Shown here in pieces: positions 48,028-59,419 of a DNA stretch of 64,000 bases. Every line of letters starts with the position of its first letter. Position 1 is the stretch's first letter. The notes under the pieces were generated by a model that made no database searches, was not told where the DNA came from, and worked only from the letters and a program-made list of their open reading frames with translations. The stretch is from an uncultured Acidimicrobiaceae bacterium (GTDB lineage: Bacteria > Actinomycetota > Acidimicrobiia > Acidimicrobiales > Bog-793): NCBI GenBank assembly GCA_963703655.1, contig CAVPFA010000003.1:912972-976971 (forward strand). The letters run 5' to 3'. The position numbers and the translations under genes are program-made.

Positions 48028-49590
48028 TCAGTCGTAGGTGGCCTCGATGCGCCAGTGTCCCCTTTCGACGATGAGCAGGTGCGCCGACCCATCCTCTAGC
48101 AGCACCTGCAAACGGGCCCGCCTGCGTGCAGCCTCGGGATCCCACCACCGCTCGTCCGCCGGCCATGGGCCCGCCCAGCCCGCGATCGCGATGGACGAGC
48201 TGCCGGCGACCGCCAAGCTCAGCCGGGAAGGAACCGCCGTACATCGCCCGCGCCCGGTGACCCCCACCGCTGCCCCGTCGGGCCCGAGGACCTCGACAAG
48301 AACTGGCGTTGGGTGGACGAGCGCCGGAGACGGAGGCGGGAGTCGGCCAGGCCAAGGGGGCGCCTCTCGCACGGCTTCACGTTCCTCACCCCAGGGCACG
48401 AGGCGTATCTGTTCGCCGGGCCCCCTCCCACCCGAGCGCGCCGCGATGAGGACAGCCTCATGGCCGAGAAGGCCCTGGACCCGCGCCAGTCCCCGGTCCA
48501 CTTGCCGGCTTGCCTCGGCTACACCTCCTTCGAAGTCCAGTTGTCGTCCGTCATCGGGCACCGCTTCGCCGACCGTGAGCCGCAAAAGGGTGACACCGGC
48601 GGTGGGAGCGGCGATCACCGGACCCTGCAGCCATCCCTCGAGCTGCCAGCGGACCCGGTCCACAATGGCTCGGGCTGTGAAAGGACGGTCCCCCCTCCAC
48701 CAACGCTGCAGTGACTCGCCATGCTCGGTCTCCGCCTCGACCAGCAATTGGGTGGCGGCGAGCCCATGAGGAGCGAGGCGGCCGATGAGGTCGTCGGCAA
48801 GCCCCACGGCATGAAAGGCGAGAGCATCCGCTCGGTCGACGGGCGGGTCGAACTCCCGGCAAGCCATGAGGTCCGGTGGGGGATCCCCGAGGACGAGCGG
48901 TCGCTCGTCGAGACCCTGGGCCAGCCGGTGCGCAGAGTCTCCTCCTGCCCCGAATCGTGCCTGCACGTCACCTTGGTCCAACTCGGCAAATTCGCCCAAC
49001 GTGCGGATCCCGAGCCGTCGGAGCAGGTCGGCGAGTACGGGAAGGCCGAGCACCTCGACCGGGAAGTGGCCGAGCCACTCCCTCGTCGCACCACGAGGCA
49101 CGATCACGCCTTCGCGCGCGGCGAGTCGTGCCGCGAACGGCCCGTCGGCGATCCCCACCCGGCACGGCGGCTCCGGGGCTGCAGCTCCGGCCGCGGCGGC
49201 GACGGCGGCGACGGCCGTACCCGCGGCGCTACAGACCTGCTCGGCAAGCGAGGCCTCCCCGCCGAAGTAACGAGCGGGAGCTCGAGCAGGTAGGGCACAG
49301 GCTCCTGGCATGGTGACTTCCACTCGGGGAGTGAAGGCTGCGACCGCTACGACGACATGTTCAAAACTGCGCGCGTCGCGCCCTTCCTCCTCCCCCACTA
49401 CGACGAGCTCCGGGCAGCATGCTTGGGCTTCCCTACGACGCTGCCCGAGACGCACCCCCTCGGATCGGGCGGAGGGGGAGGCGGCGACCACCCGGTTGGT
49501 GGAGACGACCACGGCCGGCCGGTCGGCGAGTCCGGCGGCAACGAGCGGCCAGTCGGGGCACCAGACGACGAGGGTGCGAACCGGGGACAT
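48028..49590 (-). CDS. imuB: ImuB, Y-family-polymerase-like mutasome component
   Basis: Start at internal ATG (MSPVRTLVVWCPDWPLVAAG), a characteristic ImuB N-terminus. UmuC-like fold without a complete catalytic triad. Gene begins 8 nt after the imuA' stop. Confidence 0.85.
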   Translation of the reverse strand: MSPVRTLVVWCPDWPLVAAGLADRPAVVVSTNRVVAASPSARSEGVRLGQRRREAQACCPELVVVGEEEGRDARSFEHVVVAVAAFTPRVEVTMPGACALPARAPARYFGGEASLAEQVCSAAGTAVAAVAAAAGAAAPEPPCRVGIADGPFAARLAAREGVIVPRGATREWLGHFPVEVLGLPVLADLLRRLGIRTLGEFAELDQGDVQARFGAGGDSAHRLAQGLDERPLVLGDPPPDLMACREFDPPVDRADALAFHAVGLADDLIGRLAPHGLAATQLLVEAETEHGESLQRWWRGDRPFTARAIVDRVRWQLEGWLQGPVIAAPTAGVTLLRLTVGEAVPDDGRQLDFEGGVAEASRQVDRGLARVQGLLGHEAVLIAARSGGRGPGEQIRLVPWGEEREAVREAPPWPGRLPPPSPALVHPTPVLVEVLGPDGAAVGVTGRGRCTAVPSRLSLAVAGSSSIAIAGWAGPWPADERWWDPEAARRRARLQVLLEDGSAHLLIVERGHWRIEATYD

Positions 49591-49598
49591 CAAGAACC

Positions 49599-50486
49599 TC
49601 AATCCGGAAGCCGCAGCAGGCCCCGTCTCGGTCGGCTGGCCGAGCCCCGCCCGCTGACCTCGGCCTCGAGTTGCCGGGAGCTGAGCAGACCGTGGCCACG
49701 TCCCAGCCCCGACCAGCTCGAGGTCCTCACGGCACAACGAAGGTCCGAGGGGCCGGGCCAACGCTCCACGACCCGGCCCGGTCGCGCGGGGCCACCGGGG
49801 CCGAGCCCACCGGGGCCGAGCCCACCGGGGACGAGCCTTTTCACAACCCCGGCAGGAGAGGTCGCTGCGTCGAGTACGAGCAAGGTCGAACAGCGCTCCC
49901 TCGCGCGAGCAGCCAGCCTCCTAGCGTCGGTGGGTCGCACGGGGGCGTCAGGAGCGAGACACACGAGATCGACGGTCTCGATCAGTGTCGCGACGACGCT
50001 TTGCCAGCGGCCTTCCGGGCCAGGGTGAGGGACGAGGACGAGACGGCTGAGATCGGCCCCCAGCTCGGCAGCTGCTGCTAACCCGAGCGCTGGTAGGCCG
50101 GCAACCGCGCACCAGTACCCCTGAGACGATGTTCCCGCGAGCAGGCAGAGGAGCAGGCTCGTCAATCCCGGAGCCGGGCTTGCCTCGGCTGAGGTGGGCC
50201 CTGACGCGCCCCGAGCAGAGCCGAGCGGCGTGCCCGGCGGAATCGTCGGCGACGTGCCCGGCGTCGTCGTCGGCCCGAGCAGGACCGTGCCACCTCTTGG
50301 GAGCCCGCCGCCTGGGAACAGCCCGGCCAACTCCGGGAGAACCGGCAGAATTCGTTCGGCCGGCAACGGCCCTTGTACTGGACGGGGACGGGGGCCGCCT
50401 GGGGCCAAGTGACCCGCTAAAGCGGGCCCGGCGGGCAGCCGGGCACCGGGCAGAGACGGCGCCTCCGCAAGACTGTACGTGGCCAT
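49599..50486 (-). CDS. imuA': ImuA' (RecA-fold, SulA/ImuA-like SOS mutasome protein)
   Basis: Start at MATYSLAEAP (ATG 50484-50486). RecA-like core (LLCLLAGTSSQGYWCAVAG). Gly/Pro-rich N-terminal half. LexA box 10 nt upstream with TATACT between them. Operonic with imuB. Confidence 0.75.
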   Translation of the reverse strand: MATYSLAEAPSLPGARLPAGPALAGHLAPGGPRPRPVQGPLPAERILPVLPELAGLFPGGGLPRGGTVLLGPTTTPGTSPTIPPGTPLGSARGASGPTSAEASPAPGLTSLLLCLLAGTSSQGYWCAVAGLPALGLAAAAELGADLSRLVLVPHPGPEGRWQSVVATLIETVDLVCLAPDAPVRPTDARRLAARARERCSTLLVLDAATSPAGVVKRLVPGGLGPGGLGPGGPARPGRVVERWPGPSDLRCAVRTSSWSGLGRGHGLLSSRQLEAEVSGRGSASRPRRGLLRLPD

Positions 50487-50495
50487 GACCGAGTA

Positions 50496-50512
50496 TACGA
50501 ACATATGTTCGT
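50496..50512. promoter_or_regulatory. LexA (SOS) box ACGAACATATGTTCGT overlapping the imuA' promoter. Identical to the dnaE2 box.
   Basis: Perfect 16-bp palindrome, followed on the minus strand by TATACT and the ATG 7 nt later (leaderless-type arrangement). Confidence 0.8.
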
Positions 50513-50588
50513 TTCGCAAACCCGCTCGCTGCGCGCTGTCGCTGCCCGGTCCTTGGCCGAGTGAGGGCGGACCGAGGCCCCCGAGCCA

Positions 50589-51134
50589 GTGGCAAAATCG
50601 GCCATGGCCGTCTCGGTGCGCCAAGCAGAAATGGCCGACGCCGGTGCAATCGCATCCTTGCACGTCCGGTCCTGGCAGGCCGGCTACGCGGGACTGATCT
50701 CGAGCGACTTCCTCCGCGGCTTGGACTTGGATCTCCCGCAGCGGACGACGCGCTGGCAGACGCAGATCCTCGGCGCGGAACCAGAGGGTACCTTCGTGCT
50801 CGTCGGCGAGATCGAAGGCGAGGTGGCGGGCTGGCTGACCGGCGGGCCCTGCCGGGACGAGGGCTCCGACGTCTCACTGCTCGGCGAGGTGTACGGGTGC
50901 TACGTCGACCCCGGCCACTGGCGCCAGGGGGTCGGAGGCGCGCTGATGACGGCCGCGCTCGAGCGCCTGGCTCGAGCCGGATATCCCGAGGCCGTGCTGT
51001 GGGTACTGGTCGACAATCCCCGAGCCCGCGCCTTTTATGAACGGCACGGTTGGCTTTCCGACGGCGCCCGCAAGTTCTTCGAGGTAGCCGGCGAACGCTA
51101 CCCCGAAGTGCGTTACCGCCGCTCCCTGCCTTGA
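50589..51134 (+). CDS. GNAT-family N-acetyltransferase
   Basis: Motif A RQGVGGALMTAALERLARAGY. Confidence 0.8.
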   Translation: MAKSAMAVSVRQAEMADAGAIASLHVRSWQAGYAGLISSDFLRGLDLDLPQRTTRWQTQILGAEPEGTFVLVGEIEGEVAGWLTGGPCRDEGSDVSLLGEVYGCYVDPGHWRQGVGGALMTAALERLARAGYPEAVLWVLVDNPRARAFYERHGWLSDGARKFFEVAGERYPEVRYRRSLP

Positions 51135-51174
51135 GCATGCCGCGCCCCCACGACACCTCGACCGGCAACGGGCT

Positions 51175-52776
51175 CTAGGCGAGGGCGACCAGGTCGCCGA
51201 GGTCGTCGCTCCAGGTGTCCTCGACGCCTTCGGGCATGAGGACAACCCGTTCGGGCGACAAGGCCTCCACCGCGCCGGGGTCGTGGGTGACCAGCACGAT
51301 CGCACCAGCGTAGGTGCGCAGTGCCTTCAGCACCTCACCCCGGCTCGAGGGGTCCAGGTTGTTCGTCGGCTCGTCCAAGAGCAGCACGTTCGCCGCGGAC
51401 ACCACGAGGGTCGCGAGGGCGAGGCGTGTCTTCTCCCCGCCCGACAGGGTGCCCGCCAGCTGGTCGATGCGCGCCCCACCGAACAGAAACGACCCCAGGA
51501 TGCGCCGAAGCTCCGCATCGGTGACCGCCGGCGGTGCGTTGTGCCGAACGTTCTCGTACACGCTGCGCCCGGGATCCAGCGTCTCGTGCTCCTGGGCGTA
51601 ATAGCCCAGCTGGAGGCCGTGCCCGGCGACGACCTCGCCGGCGTCCGGCCGCTCGATCCCCGACAGCACCCGCAGCAGCGTCGTCTTCCCCGCGCCGTTG
51701 AGCCCGAGAATGACCACCCGGCTGCCGCGGTCGACCGCGAGGTCCACACCCGAGAACACCTCGAGCGAGCCGTAGGACTTGGTGAGCCCGGTCGCGCTGA
51801 GCGGGGTCCGGCCGCACGGCGACGGGGCTGGAAAGCGCAGCCTGGCCACCCTGTCTGCCACGCGAACGTCCTCGAGCCCTTCGGTGAGCCGCGCGGCGCG
51901 ACGGTCAAGGTTGTGGGCCATCCGCGCCTTGGTCGCCTTGGCCCGCATACGGTCGGCCTGCGCCTTGAGCTCGACGACCTTGCGCTCGGTGTTCGTCCGT
52001 TCGTGCCGCCGCCTCCGCTCGTCGGTCGCCAGCTGCTCGAGGTACGCCTTCCACCCGAGGCGGTACACGTCGAGCTGGCTTCGCGTCGCGTCGAGGTGGA
52101 ACACCTTGTTGACGACCGAGTCCAGCAGGTCGCCGTCGTGGCTGATCACCATCAGCCCGCCGTCGTGGGCTCGGAGAAAGTTGCGCAGCCACGCGATCGA
52201 GTCTGCGTCTAGATGGTTCGTCGGCTCGTCCAAGATGAGCGTCGGAGCGCCCGAGAACAGCACGCGGGCCAGCTCCACCCTGCGGCGCTGGCCTCCCGAG
52301 AGAGTCCCGAGCGGCTGAGTGAGCACCCTTTCGGGAAGTCCCAGGCTGGAGGCGATCGAGCCCGCCTGGGCCTCCGCCGCCCACCCGCCGAGCAGGTGGA
52401 ACTGCTCCTCGAGCCGGCCGTAGCGCTTGAGGATGCGGTCCCTGTGCTCGGCGTCACCCCGGCCCATGTCGGTGCGGGCGGCCTGCAGCTCGTTGACGAT
52501 TCGGCCGAGCCCTCTCGCTTCCAGGATCCTGTCCTGTGCGATGACCGTCAGGTCACCGGTGCGGGGATCCTGGGGCAGGTAGGCGACCGGAACGGAACGT
52601 CGTACCGACCCGGCGGACGGGAGGGCCTCGCCGGCGAGGACCTTGGCGAGGGTCGTCTTGCCCGCCCCGTTGCGCCCGACGAGACCGATCCGATCCCCGG
52701 GCGCGACCTGGAAGGTCACCGGCTCGAGGAGCTGGCGACCGCCGGCGGTGAGCTCGAGGTCGGTGGCGGTGATCAT
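51175..52776 (-). CDS. ABC-F family ATPase (tandem ABC domains, no TMD; EttA/Uup-like)
   Basis: Two Walker A (GRNGAGKTT, GLNGAGKTT), two LSGG signatures, charged inter-domain linker. Confidence 0.9.
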   Translation of the reverse strand: MITATDLELTAGGRQLLEPVTFQVAPGDRIGLVGRNGAGKTTLAKVLAGEALPSAGSVRRSVPVAYLPQDPRTGDLTVIAQDRILEARGLGRIVNELQAARTDMGRGDAEHRDRILKRYGRLEEQFHLLGGWAAEAQAGSIASSLGLPERVLTQPLGTLSGGQRRRVELARVLFSGAPTLILDEPTNHLDADSIAWLRNFLRAHDGGLMVISHDGDLLDSVVNKVFHLDATRSQLDVYRLGWKAYLEQLATDERRRRHERTNTERKVVELKAQADRMRAKATKARMAHNLDRRAARLTEGLEDVRVADRVARLRFPAPSPCGRTPLSATGLTKSYGSLEVFSGVDLAVDRGSRVVILGLNGAGKTTLLRVLSGIERPDAGEVVAGHGLQLGYYAQEHETLDPGRSVYENVRHNAPPAVTDAELRRILGSFLFGGARIDQLAGTLSGGEKTRLALATLVVSAANVLLLDEPTNNLDPSSRGEVLKALRTYAGAIVLVTHDPGAVEALSPERVVLMPEGVEDTWSDDLGDLVALA

Positions 52777-52949
52777 GAGGGCAGTCTTGGTTCGGAGCGA
52801 AGACGGTACGGAAAGCCGCGCAATATCTGGTTCACGCGAGCTCGCGCAGATCGGCGCGGACCGCCGACCCGTGAGGTGCGGAGGTTGGAAGAGTTTACCG
52901 CCCGAAGGGTTAGCCTGAGCCGGATGGCGAGCGCTTCAGGTCCAAGGCT

Positions 52950-53687
52950 GTGAGCCGCACGCCAGGACCGGGACCGGTGGCGTTGGTGGGAAGCGGTGAG
53001 TTTCTCGACGGGATGGTCGCCGTCGACGCCGAGCTGCTCGACGGGCGCCCGCAGCGCGCCGTCTTCCTCCCGACGGCGTCCGCCGAGGAAGGCGCCGAGC
53101 GGGTTCAGTACTGGATCGACCTCGCCACCGCGCACTACGCGGGGATGGGGGTCGAGCCCGTGGCCCTCGAGGTGCTCGACCGGGAAGACGCCCAGCGGCC
53201 AGAATTGGCAACGAGGGTGACAGGAGCCGGTCTTGTCTACCTGTCCGGCGGCAACCCCGGGTACCTCGCCCACACGCTCGCCGGCACCGCCGTCTGGAAC
53301 GCGATCCTCGACGCCTGGCGGTCAGGCGCCGCCCTGGCAGGTTGCTCGGCGGGGGCGTGCGCGCTGAGCCGCATCGCGGAGGACTTCGCCCATCCGGGAC
53401 GTTACGGCGGAGAAGGACTCGCCGTCGTGCGGTGGCTGGTGGTGCTGCCGCATTTCGACCGCGTGGAGCATTGGATGCCCGGCTTGGTCGGGCGCATGCT
53501 GGCCCGGTCCCCCGACGATGCCGTGCTCGTCGGAATCGACGAGGAGACGGCGCTCGTCGGCGGCGACAACAGCTTCACTGTCCGCGGTGAGAAGTCGGTC
53601 TGGCGCATCGACGCGGACGGGACCCGCCAGCAGTTCGGAGCGGGCGACCGCCTGGAGCTGCCCGCGCCTCGCCAGGCAGCGCGGTAG
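52950..53687 (+). CDS. Peptidase S51 (cyanophycinase/peptidase E-like, class I glutamine amidotransferase-like fold)
   Basis: GGNPGYL and nucleophile elbow GCSAGA. Confidence 0.7.
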   Translation: MSRTPGPGPVALVGSGEFLDGMVAVDAELLDGRPQRAVFLPTASAEEGAERVQYWIDLATAHYAGMGVEPVALEVLDREDAQRPELATRVTGAGLVYLSGGNPGYLAHTLAGTAVWNAILDAWRSGAALAGCSAGACALSRIAEDFAHPGRYGGEGLAVVRWLVVLPHFDRVEHWMPGLVGRMLARSPDDAVLVGIDEETALVGGDNSFTVRGEKSVWRIDADGTRQQFGAGDRLELPAPRQAAR

Positions 53688-53708
53688 GCGATCAGTACTC
53701 TCGCCGGC

Positions 53709-54206
53709 ATGGCGTTGACCATCGAGCGCATCCCTGCCGCTGCGGGCTACCCGCTGCGGCAAGCCGTCCTCCGACCGCATCAGACCGTCGACGAGGTGGC
53801 CTTCCCCGAGGACGACGAGCCCGGGACCGCAACGTTCGCCGCCATCGACCGTGCCAGCGGCGCCGTCGTCGGCGTGGCGACGGTGTTCCGCGACCCGGCG
53901 CCTTTTGACGCCGCGGAGGCCGGACTCCCTGCAGGCGCCGGCGGCCGAGCGACGACGTGGCGGCTGCGCGGCATGGCCACCAGTGAGGGGATGCGGGGTC
54001 AGGGAATCGGCGCCCGGGTGCTAGCCGCCGCGCTCGCCCATGTCGCGACCGAGGGAGGCAACCTCGTCTGGTGCAACGCCCGCGTGCCCGCGATCGGCTT
54101 CTACGAGCGGGCAGGCTTCAGGACCACGGGCCCCCAGTGGGTGGTTCCCTTCAGCGGACCGCATGTGGCGATGTGGCGTTGGGTCGAGGCGGGAGAGCCG
54201 ACGTGA
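53709..54206 (+). CDS. GNAT-family N-acetyltransferase
   Basis: RGQGIGARVLAAAL acetyl-CoA binding motif. Confidence 0.8.
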   Translation: MALTIERIPAAAGYPLRQAVLRPHQTVDEVAFPEDDEPGTATFAAIDRASGAVVGVATVFRDPAPFDAAEAGLPAGAGGRATTWRLRGMATSEGMRGQGIGARVLAAALAHVATEGGNLVWCNARVPAIGFYERAGFRTTGPQWVVPFSGPHVAMWRWVEAGEPT

Positions 54207-54253
54207 ACGGGCCGTAACGTTCCCGGAACGGCCCGCGGCGTAGCCTTGTCGCC

Positions 54254-55501
54254 GTGGGCGAGGCTGAGCCGGCAACCGATCGAAACCGTGCGACGGCGGT
54301 GGCTGGCGCCCGAAGGCTCAGGTGGGCGACGCCGAGGACGGCCGCGGTGATCGGAGTCTTCGAGCTGATACTCCTCGTTCTCGGGGTAGTGCTGGCGGCC
54401 GTCACCCATCAGCTCAGCGTGGGTCAGGGAAGCAATATCGGCCTCGCGCTCGGCGTCGTGGGCCTCGTCGTGGCCATGCGCCAGCCGCGCAACCCGATGG
54501 GATGGATCCTCCTCGGTGCGGCCGGGTGCTTGTTGATAAGCGGTCTCTGTGCGACCTATTCGGTGTTGGACTACCGAGCGCACCACGGGGCTCTCCCGCT
54601 CGGCCCCGTCGCCGTCTTCCTGGAGCCCACGTGGGCACCGGCGGTCGTGCTACTGGGACTGACCCTTCTCGTCTTCCCCGACGGGAAGCTGCCATCACCT
54701 CGATGGAGATGGGTGCTCTGGGTCGTGCTCGCGGCGGGGACGGCGTTCCAGCTCGCCTCGTTCGGGACCGCGCTCGCCGCCGTCGTCACCAACACCATCC
54801 ACGTCACCCCTAGCGGAGACCTCGCGATCATCGACAATCCGCACGGGAGCTACGCCTGGTACGGCTACGTGGAGTGGAGCTTCTTCGCGGTCCTGGCTGC
54901 CGTTGCGCTGGCGTGGTTCGCCCGACAGATACCTGCCTACCGGAGGTCCACGGGTGAGCGACGCCTCCAGCAGAAGTGGTTCCTTTCGGGGGCCACGATC
55001 TTTGTGATCTGCGGGTTTCTCACCCTCACTCTTGGAAGCCTCGGTGGCACCTGGGACGACATCGCCCAAGGCGCCACTATCGGGATGCTCGCGTTGCCGA
55101 TCAGCATCGGCATCGGCATCCTGAAATACCGGCTGTACGACATCGACCGCCTAATCAGCCGGACGATCGCCTACGCGATCGTCACGGCCCTCGTCATCGG
55201 GACGTACGTGGCCGTGATCACCCTGACTACCAAGGCGCTCGGTTTCTCCTCGCCTGTGGCGGTGGCGGCCTCGACCCTGGCGGCGGTCGCGCTCTTCAGC
55301 CCGCTCAGGCGCCGTACGCAGCACGTGGTCGACCGCCGATTCAACAGGGCGCATTACGACGCCGAGGCGACCGTTGCGGCCTTCACGGCACGGCTGCGTG
55401 ATGCCGTTGATCTCGAAACGGTGCGGACCGAGCTTCTGGAGGTCGTCAACCGGGCCGTCGAGCCCGCGCATGCGACAGTGTGGATCAGGCGACGGGAGTG
55501 A
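54254..55501 (+). CDS. Hypothetical polytopic membrane protein (~10 TM)
   Basis: Hydrophobicity only. Confidence 0.55.
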   Translation: MGEAEPATDRNRATAVAGARRLRWATPRTAAVIGVFELILLVLGVVLAAVTHQLSVGQGSNIGLALGVVGLVVAMRQPRNPMGWILLGAAGCLLISGLCATYSVLDYRAHHGALPLGPVAVFLEPTWAPAVVLLGLTLLVFPDGKLPSPRWRWVLWVVLAAGTAFQLASFGTALAAVVTNTIHVTPSGDLAIIDNPHGSYAWYGYVEWSFFAVLAAVALAWFARQIPAYRRSTGERRLQQKWFLSGATIFVICGFLTLTLGSLGGTWDDIAQGATIGMLALPISIGIGILKYRLYDIDRLISRTIAYAIVTALVIGTYVAVITLTTKALGFSSPVAVAASTLAAVALFSPLRRRTQHVVDRRFNRAHYDAEATVAAFTARLRDAVDLETVRTELLEVVNRAVEPAHATVWIRRRE

Positions 55502-55506
55502 GGCTG

Positions 55507-56511
55507 TCAGTCCTCGAAGTCCTCGCCGGCCTCGCCCGGGGCGTCGTTGTCGAGCCAGCTGGCAAAGCGGCTCATGACCTGCTGCACGCCTCCACCCGCC
55601 CGCTCGACGATCTTCGAGAAACGTTCCCTGTAGTGCCGGAGCGCCGCGTCGAACTCGGCTGACGGCGGTGGCTCCTGGCCCCGCCGGAGGTAGCCGCCCG
55701 AGCGCTGCCGGTCGAATTCTCCCGAGGCCACCCACGCCACGAGCTCCCTGACCCTGCGAACGGGGAACGGATGGTCCGCGCCGATCTCCGACCAGAAACG
55801 CGAGTACCGCGCAAACGGGTCGCCCTCCCCCTCGTACTCGGTGGCCTGACTGATGAAGGCGTCCAGGCTCAGACCCGTCACCGGGCCGCCGGCCATGCGC
55901 ATCAAGGTGCGGCAGGTCAGCAGCGGGTCGCCGGTCCCGAGCACGCTCGCCCGGTCGGCGGTCAGCTCGGCGGCCCTCGACCATTCGAGCAGCGCGTAGT
56001 AGAGGGCCTTCAGCGGTAGGCCGGCGAAGGGGGCGCCGCGTAGGACTCCGTTCATCACGAGCTGAAGGAGCTGGAACGTCGTCATGAAGCTGACGTGGTC
56101 CGCGAGAACGTGGCCCATCTCGTGGGCGAGCACGGCCTGCAGCTCGTCGGAGTCGAACGACTTGGCCAGCCCCGAGGAGACCAGCGTCACCGGATCGTTG
56201 GCGCCGATGGTGAGCGCGTTGCCCACCGGGTACTGGGTCACGTACAGCGGGGGGCATTTTGCTATGTCGAAGGTGTGGGCGAAACGGCGCTGCATGGCCC
56301 ATATCTCGGGCAGCTGGTCCTCGCCGAGGCGTACGGCGGTACCGAGCATCAGCTGGCGGAGCTTGCGCTCGTAGCCGACCTCGGTAATCTTCTTGATGAC
56401 GCGGTCGAGCATCGGGACCGAGTGCAGCGCCGCGGCCGCTGCTCGGTCTGCAGGATGGGCGAACCCCTGCGCACTGATGTCCGGATAACTGAGTGCCGTT
56501 TCGATGGCCAT
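55507..56511 (-). CDS. M48-family zinc metallopeptidase (HtpX-like)
   Basis: HEMGH motif. Confidence 0.85.
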   Translation of the reverse strand: MAIETALSYPDISAQGFAHPADRAAAAALHSVPMLDRVIKKITEVGYERKLRQLMLGTAVRLGEDQLPEIWAMQRRFAHTFDIAKCPPLYVTQYPVGNALTIGANDPVTLVSSGLAKSFDSDELQAVLAHEMGHVLADHVSFMTTFQLLQLVMNGVLRGAPFAGLPLKALYYALLEWSRAAELTADRASVLGTGDPLLTCRTLMRMAGGPVTGLSLDAFISQATEYEGEGDPFARYSRFWSEIGADHPFPVRRVRELVAWVASGEFDRQRSGGYLRRGQEPPPSAEFDAALRHYRERFSKIVERAGGGVQQVMSRFASWLDNDAPGEAGEDFED

Positions 56512-56674
56512 GGCTCGCCGCCTTCCCGTTTGCCCGGGAAGTCTCTCACTCCTGGGCCGGTCGCGAACAGGCGGCGCGTCTCTCCGCCTCCTCCGGCCCT
56601 GCCGCCGGCCGGCAGGCCGTGGGTCGGCAGACCTCAGGCCGGGAGGGCCGGTCTCGCCGGCCGGCCGGAGGGCC

Positions 56675-57406
56675 TCAAAGCCCGACGGGCAAGCTGCCCC
56701 GGACCAGCACCGGCGTTGTCGGCACGGGCGTCCCTCCCAGCGGCTCCGCGGTGATCAGGAGCTCGGTCATTGTTCGCTCGACCCGGATCGGGACGCCGGC
56801 CGGGTTCGGGCCGAGCACGCCGAGTGAGACGAGCTTGCCGCTCGAGAGCGCCCACAGCTGGAAGGTCCGCGAGCGGCCGATCTCGGGCATCGCCGAGTCG
56901 ATGACGTAACCGTCCCCGTTCGGCAGGACGACGGCAGTCGCCTGCCAGGCCGCAGGACTAGTCGAGCTGAGCAGCACCGTGCGGTGGGCCGGGTTGGAGA
57001 TCGCGCTGGCCAGCGTCGCCTGTCGGTTGAGGCTGGTGACCTGCTGGTCGAGGTTCACGACCTTCGCCGCGAGCAGCCCGACGGTCAACATGAGCGCGGC
57101 TGCCACCGCGCCCAGCGGCACGGTGAGCGCGAGCCTTCGCCAGCTTGTCGGGCGGACCACCGGCGCAAGGGCGGGCGGCTCTTCTTGGAGCGAGGCCGAG
57201 ATGCGGTCCCACAACTCTTCGGACGCGACGCCAGGGCCCTCGCCGGCTGCGTTGCCGAGCAGCGCCACGACCTCGCGGTGAGCGGCGACCTCGGCGCGAC
57301 ACCGCGGACACGACGCGAGATGATCTTCGACCTCCTCGCGCTCGTCCGCGTCGAGAGCGTCGAGCGCGTACGCTCCGAGGAGCTCCTCGATCTGGTCGTG
57401 CGTCAC
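56675..57406 (-). CDS. rskA: Anti-sigma factor, RskA-like (ZAS zinc-binding N-terminus, TM, C-terminal RskA domain)
   Basis: H..C..C motif (DHLASCPRCRAEVAAH), single TM. Starts 2 nt after the sigma gene stop. Confidence 0.8.
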   Translation of the reverse strand: MTHDQIEELLGAYALDALDADEREEVEDHLASCPRCRAEVAAHREVVALLGNAAGEGPGVASEELWDRISASLQEEPPALAPVVRPTSWRRLALTVPLGAVAAALMLTVGLLAAKVVNLDQQVTSLNRQATLASAISNPAHRTVLLSSTSPAAWQATAVVLPNGDGYVIDSAMPEIGRSRTFQLWALSSGKLVSLGVLGPNPAGVPIRVERTMTELLITAEPLGGTPVPTTPVLVRGSLPVGL

Positions 57407-57408
57407 GC

Positions 57409-58035
57409 CTATTCGCCCTTCAGCCCGAGGCCGGCGACAAGGAACTGGCTGTGCATCCGTTTCAGGCCGCTTCGGATCCTGCTCTTGACGGTGCCTTCCG
57501 GCTCGCCGAGGAGCGTCGCCACCTCTCGGTAGCTGTGGCCGCGGAAGTACGCGAGCTCGATCGGGCGCCGTTCGGTGTCGGGGAGCGCGTCTAGCAGCTC
57601 GCGAACCTGGCCCGCGACGATGAGGTCCCCGACCTCACGCTCGACGTCGTAGCCGCCGACTGCGGTCTCCCGCGCCTCACGCTCCTCGCGCCGGCGCCGC
57701 GCCGATTCCGATCGCAGCTGGTCAACGGCGCGCCCATGCGCCTGGGCGAGCAGGTAGGAGCGAAGCGTCCCCCGCTCCGGATCAAAACGGTCCGGCGCGT
57801 TCCAGAGCCGCACGAATACCTCTTGGACGATCTCCTCTGCTGCCGTCCGGTCGCGCAGCAACCGGCGGGCGAGGCCGAAGACCGCTCCGGCGTGGCGACG
57901 GTACGCCTCCGCCAGGGCGTCCTCCCTGTAGCGGGCAATCGCAAGCGCGAGGTTCGAATCGCTTGCGTTCAGCAGTTCGGGTCGCACCTCACCTGGACTA
58001 CGGAGCCGCCGAGGTCCCGGATGACCCTCGCTCAC
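57409..58035 (-). CDS. sigK: ECF (group 4) RNA polymerase sigma factor, SigK-like
   Basis: Sigma70_r2 (FGLARRLLRD...EIVQEVFVRLW) and r4 (LAYFRGHSYREVATLLGEPEGTVKSRI). Confidence 0.85.
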   Translation of the reverse strand: MSEGHPGPRRLRSPGEVRPELLNASDSNLALAIARYREDALAEAYRRHAGAVFGLARRLLRDRTAAEEIVQEVFVRLWNAPDRFDPERGTLRSYLLAQAHGRAVDQLRSESARRRREEREARETAVGGYDVEREVGDLIVAGQVRELLDALPDTERRPIELAYFRGHSYREVATLLGEPEGTVKSRIRSGLKRMHSQFLVAGLGLKGE

Positions 58036-58187
58036 CCACGGAGATTACCCGGCAACCCCACCAGGAGCCGATCGAGAGGCCGTGCCCTCGCGCACGGCTC
58101 CCGAACATCCGGTCCCGCCGATGCCAAACGTTACCGCGGACAAGGGGCCGGCGGGGTGAAACAGGCAGCGCTCAGCTCCCGGACGGG

Positions 58188-59408
<1,221 letters not shown>

Positions 59409-59419
59409 TTATGCGGGAC

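Noticed and set aside
56512-56674. Possible ncRNA or regulatory repeat between the M48 peptidase and rskA (CAGGCCGGGAGGGCCGG / GGCCGGAGGGCCTCA)
   Set aside because: It looks like another imperfect stop-proximal duplication. No convincing secondary structure or conserved motif was found.
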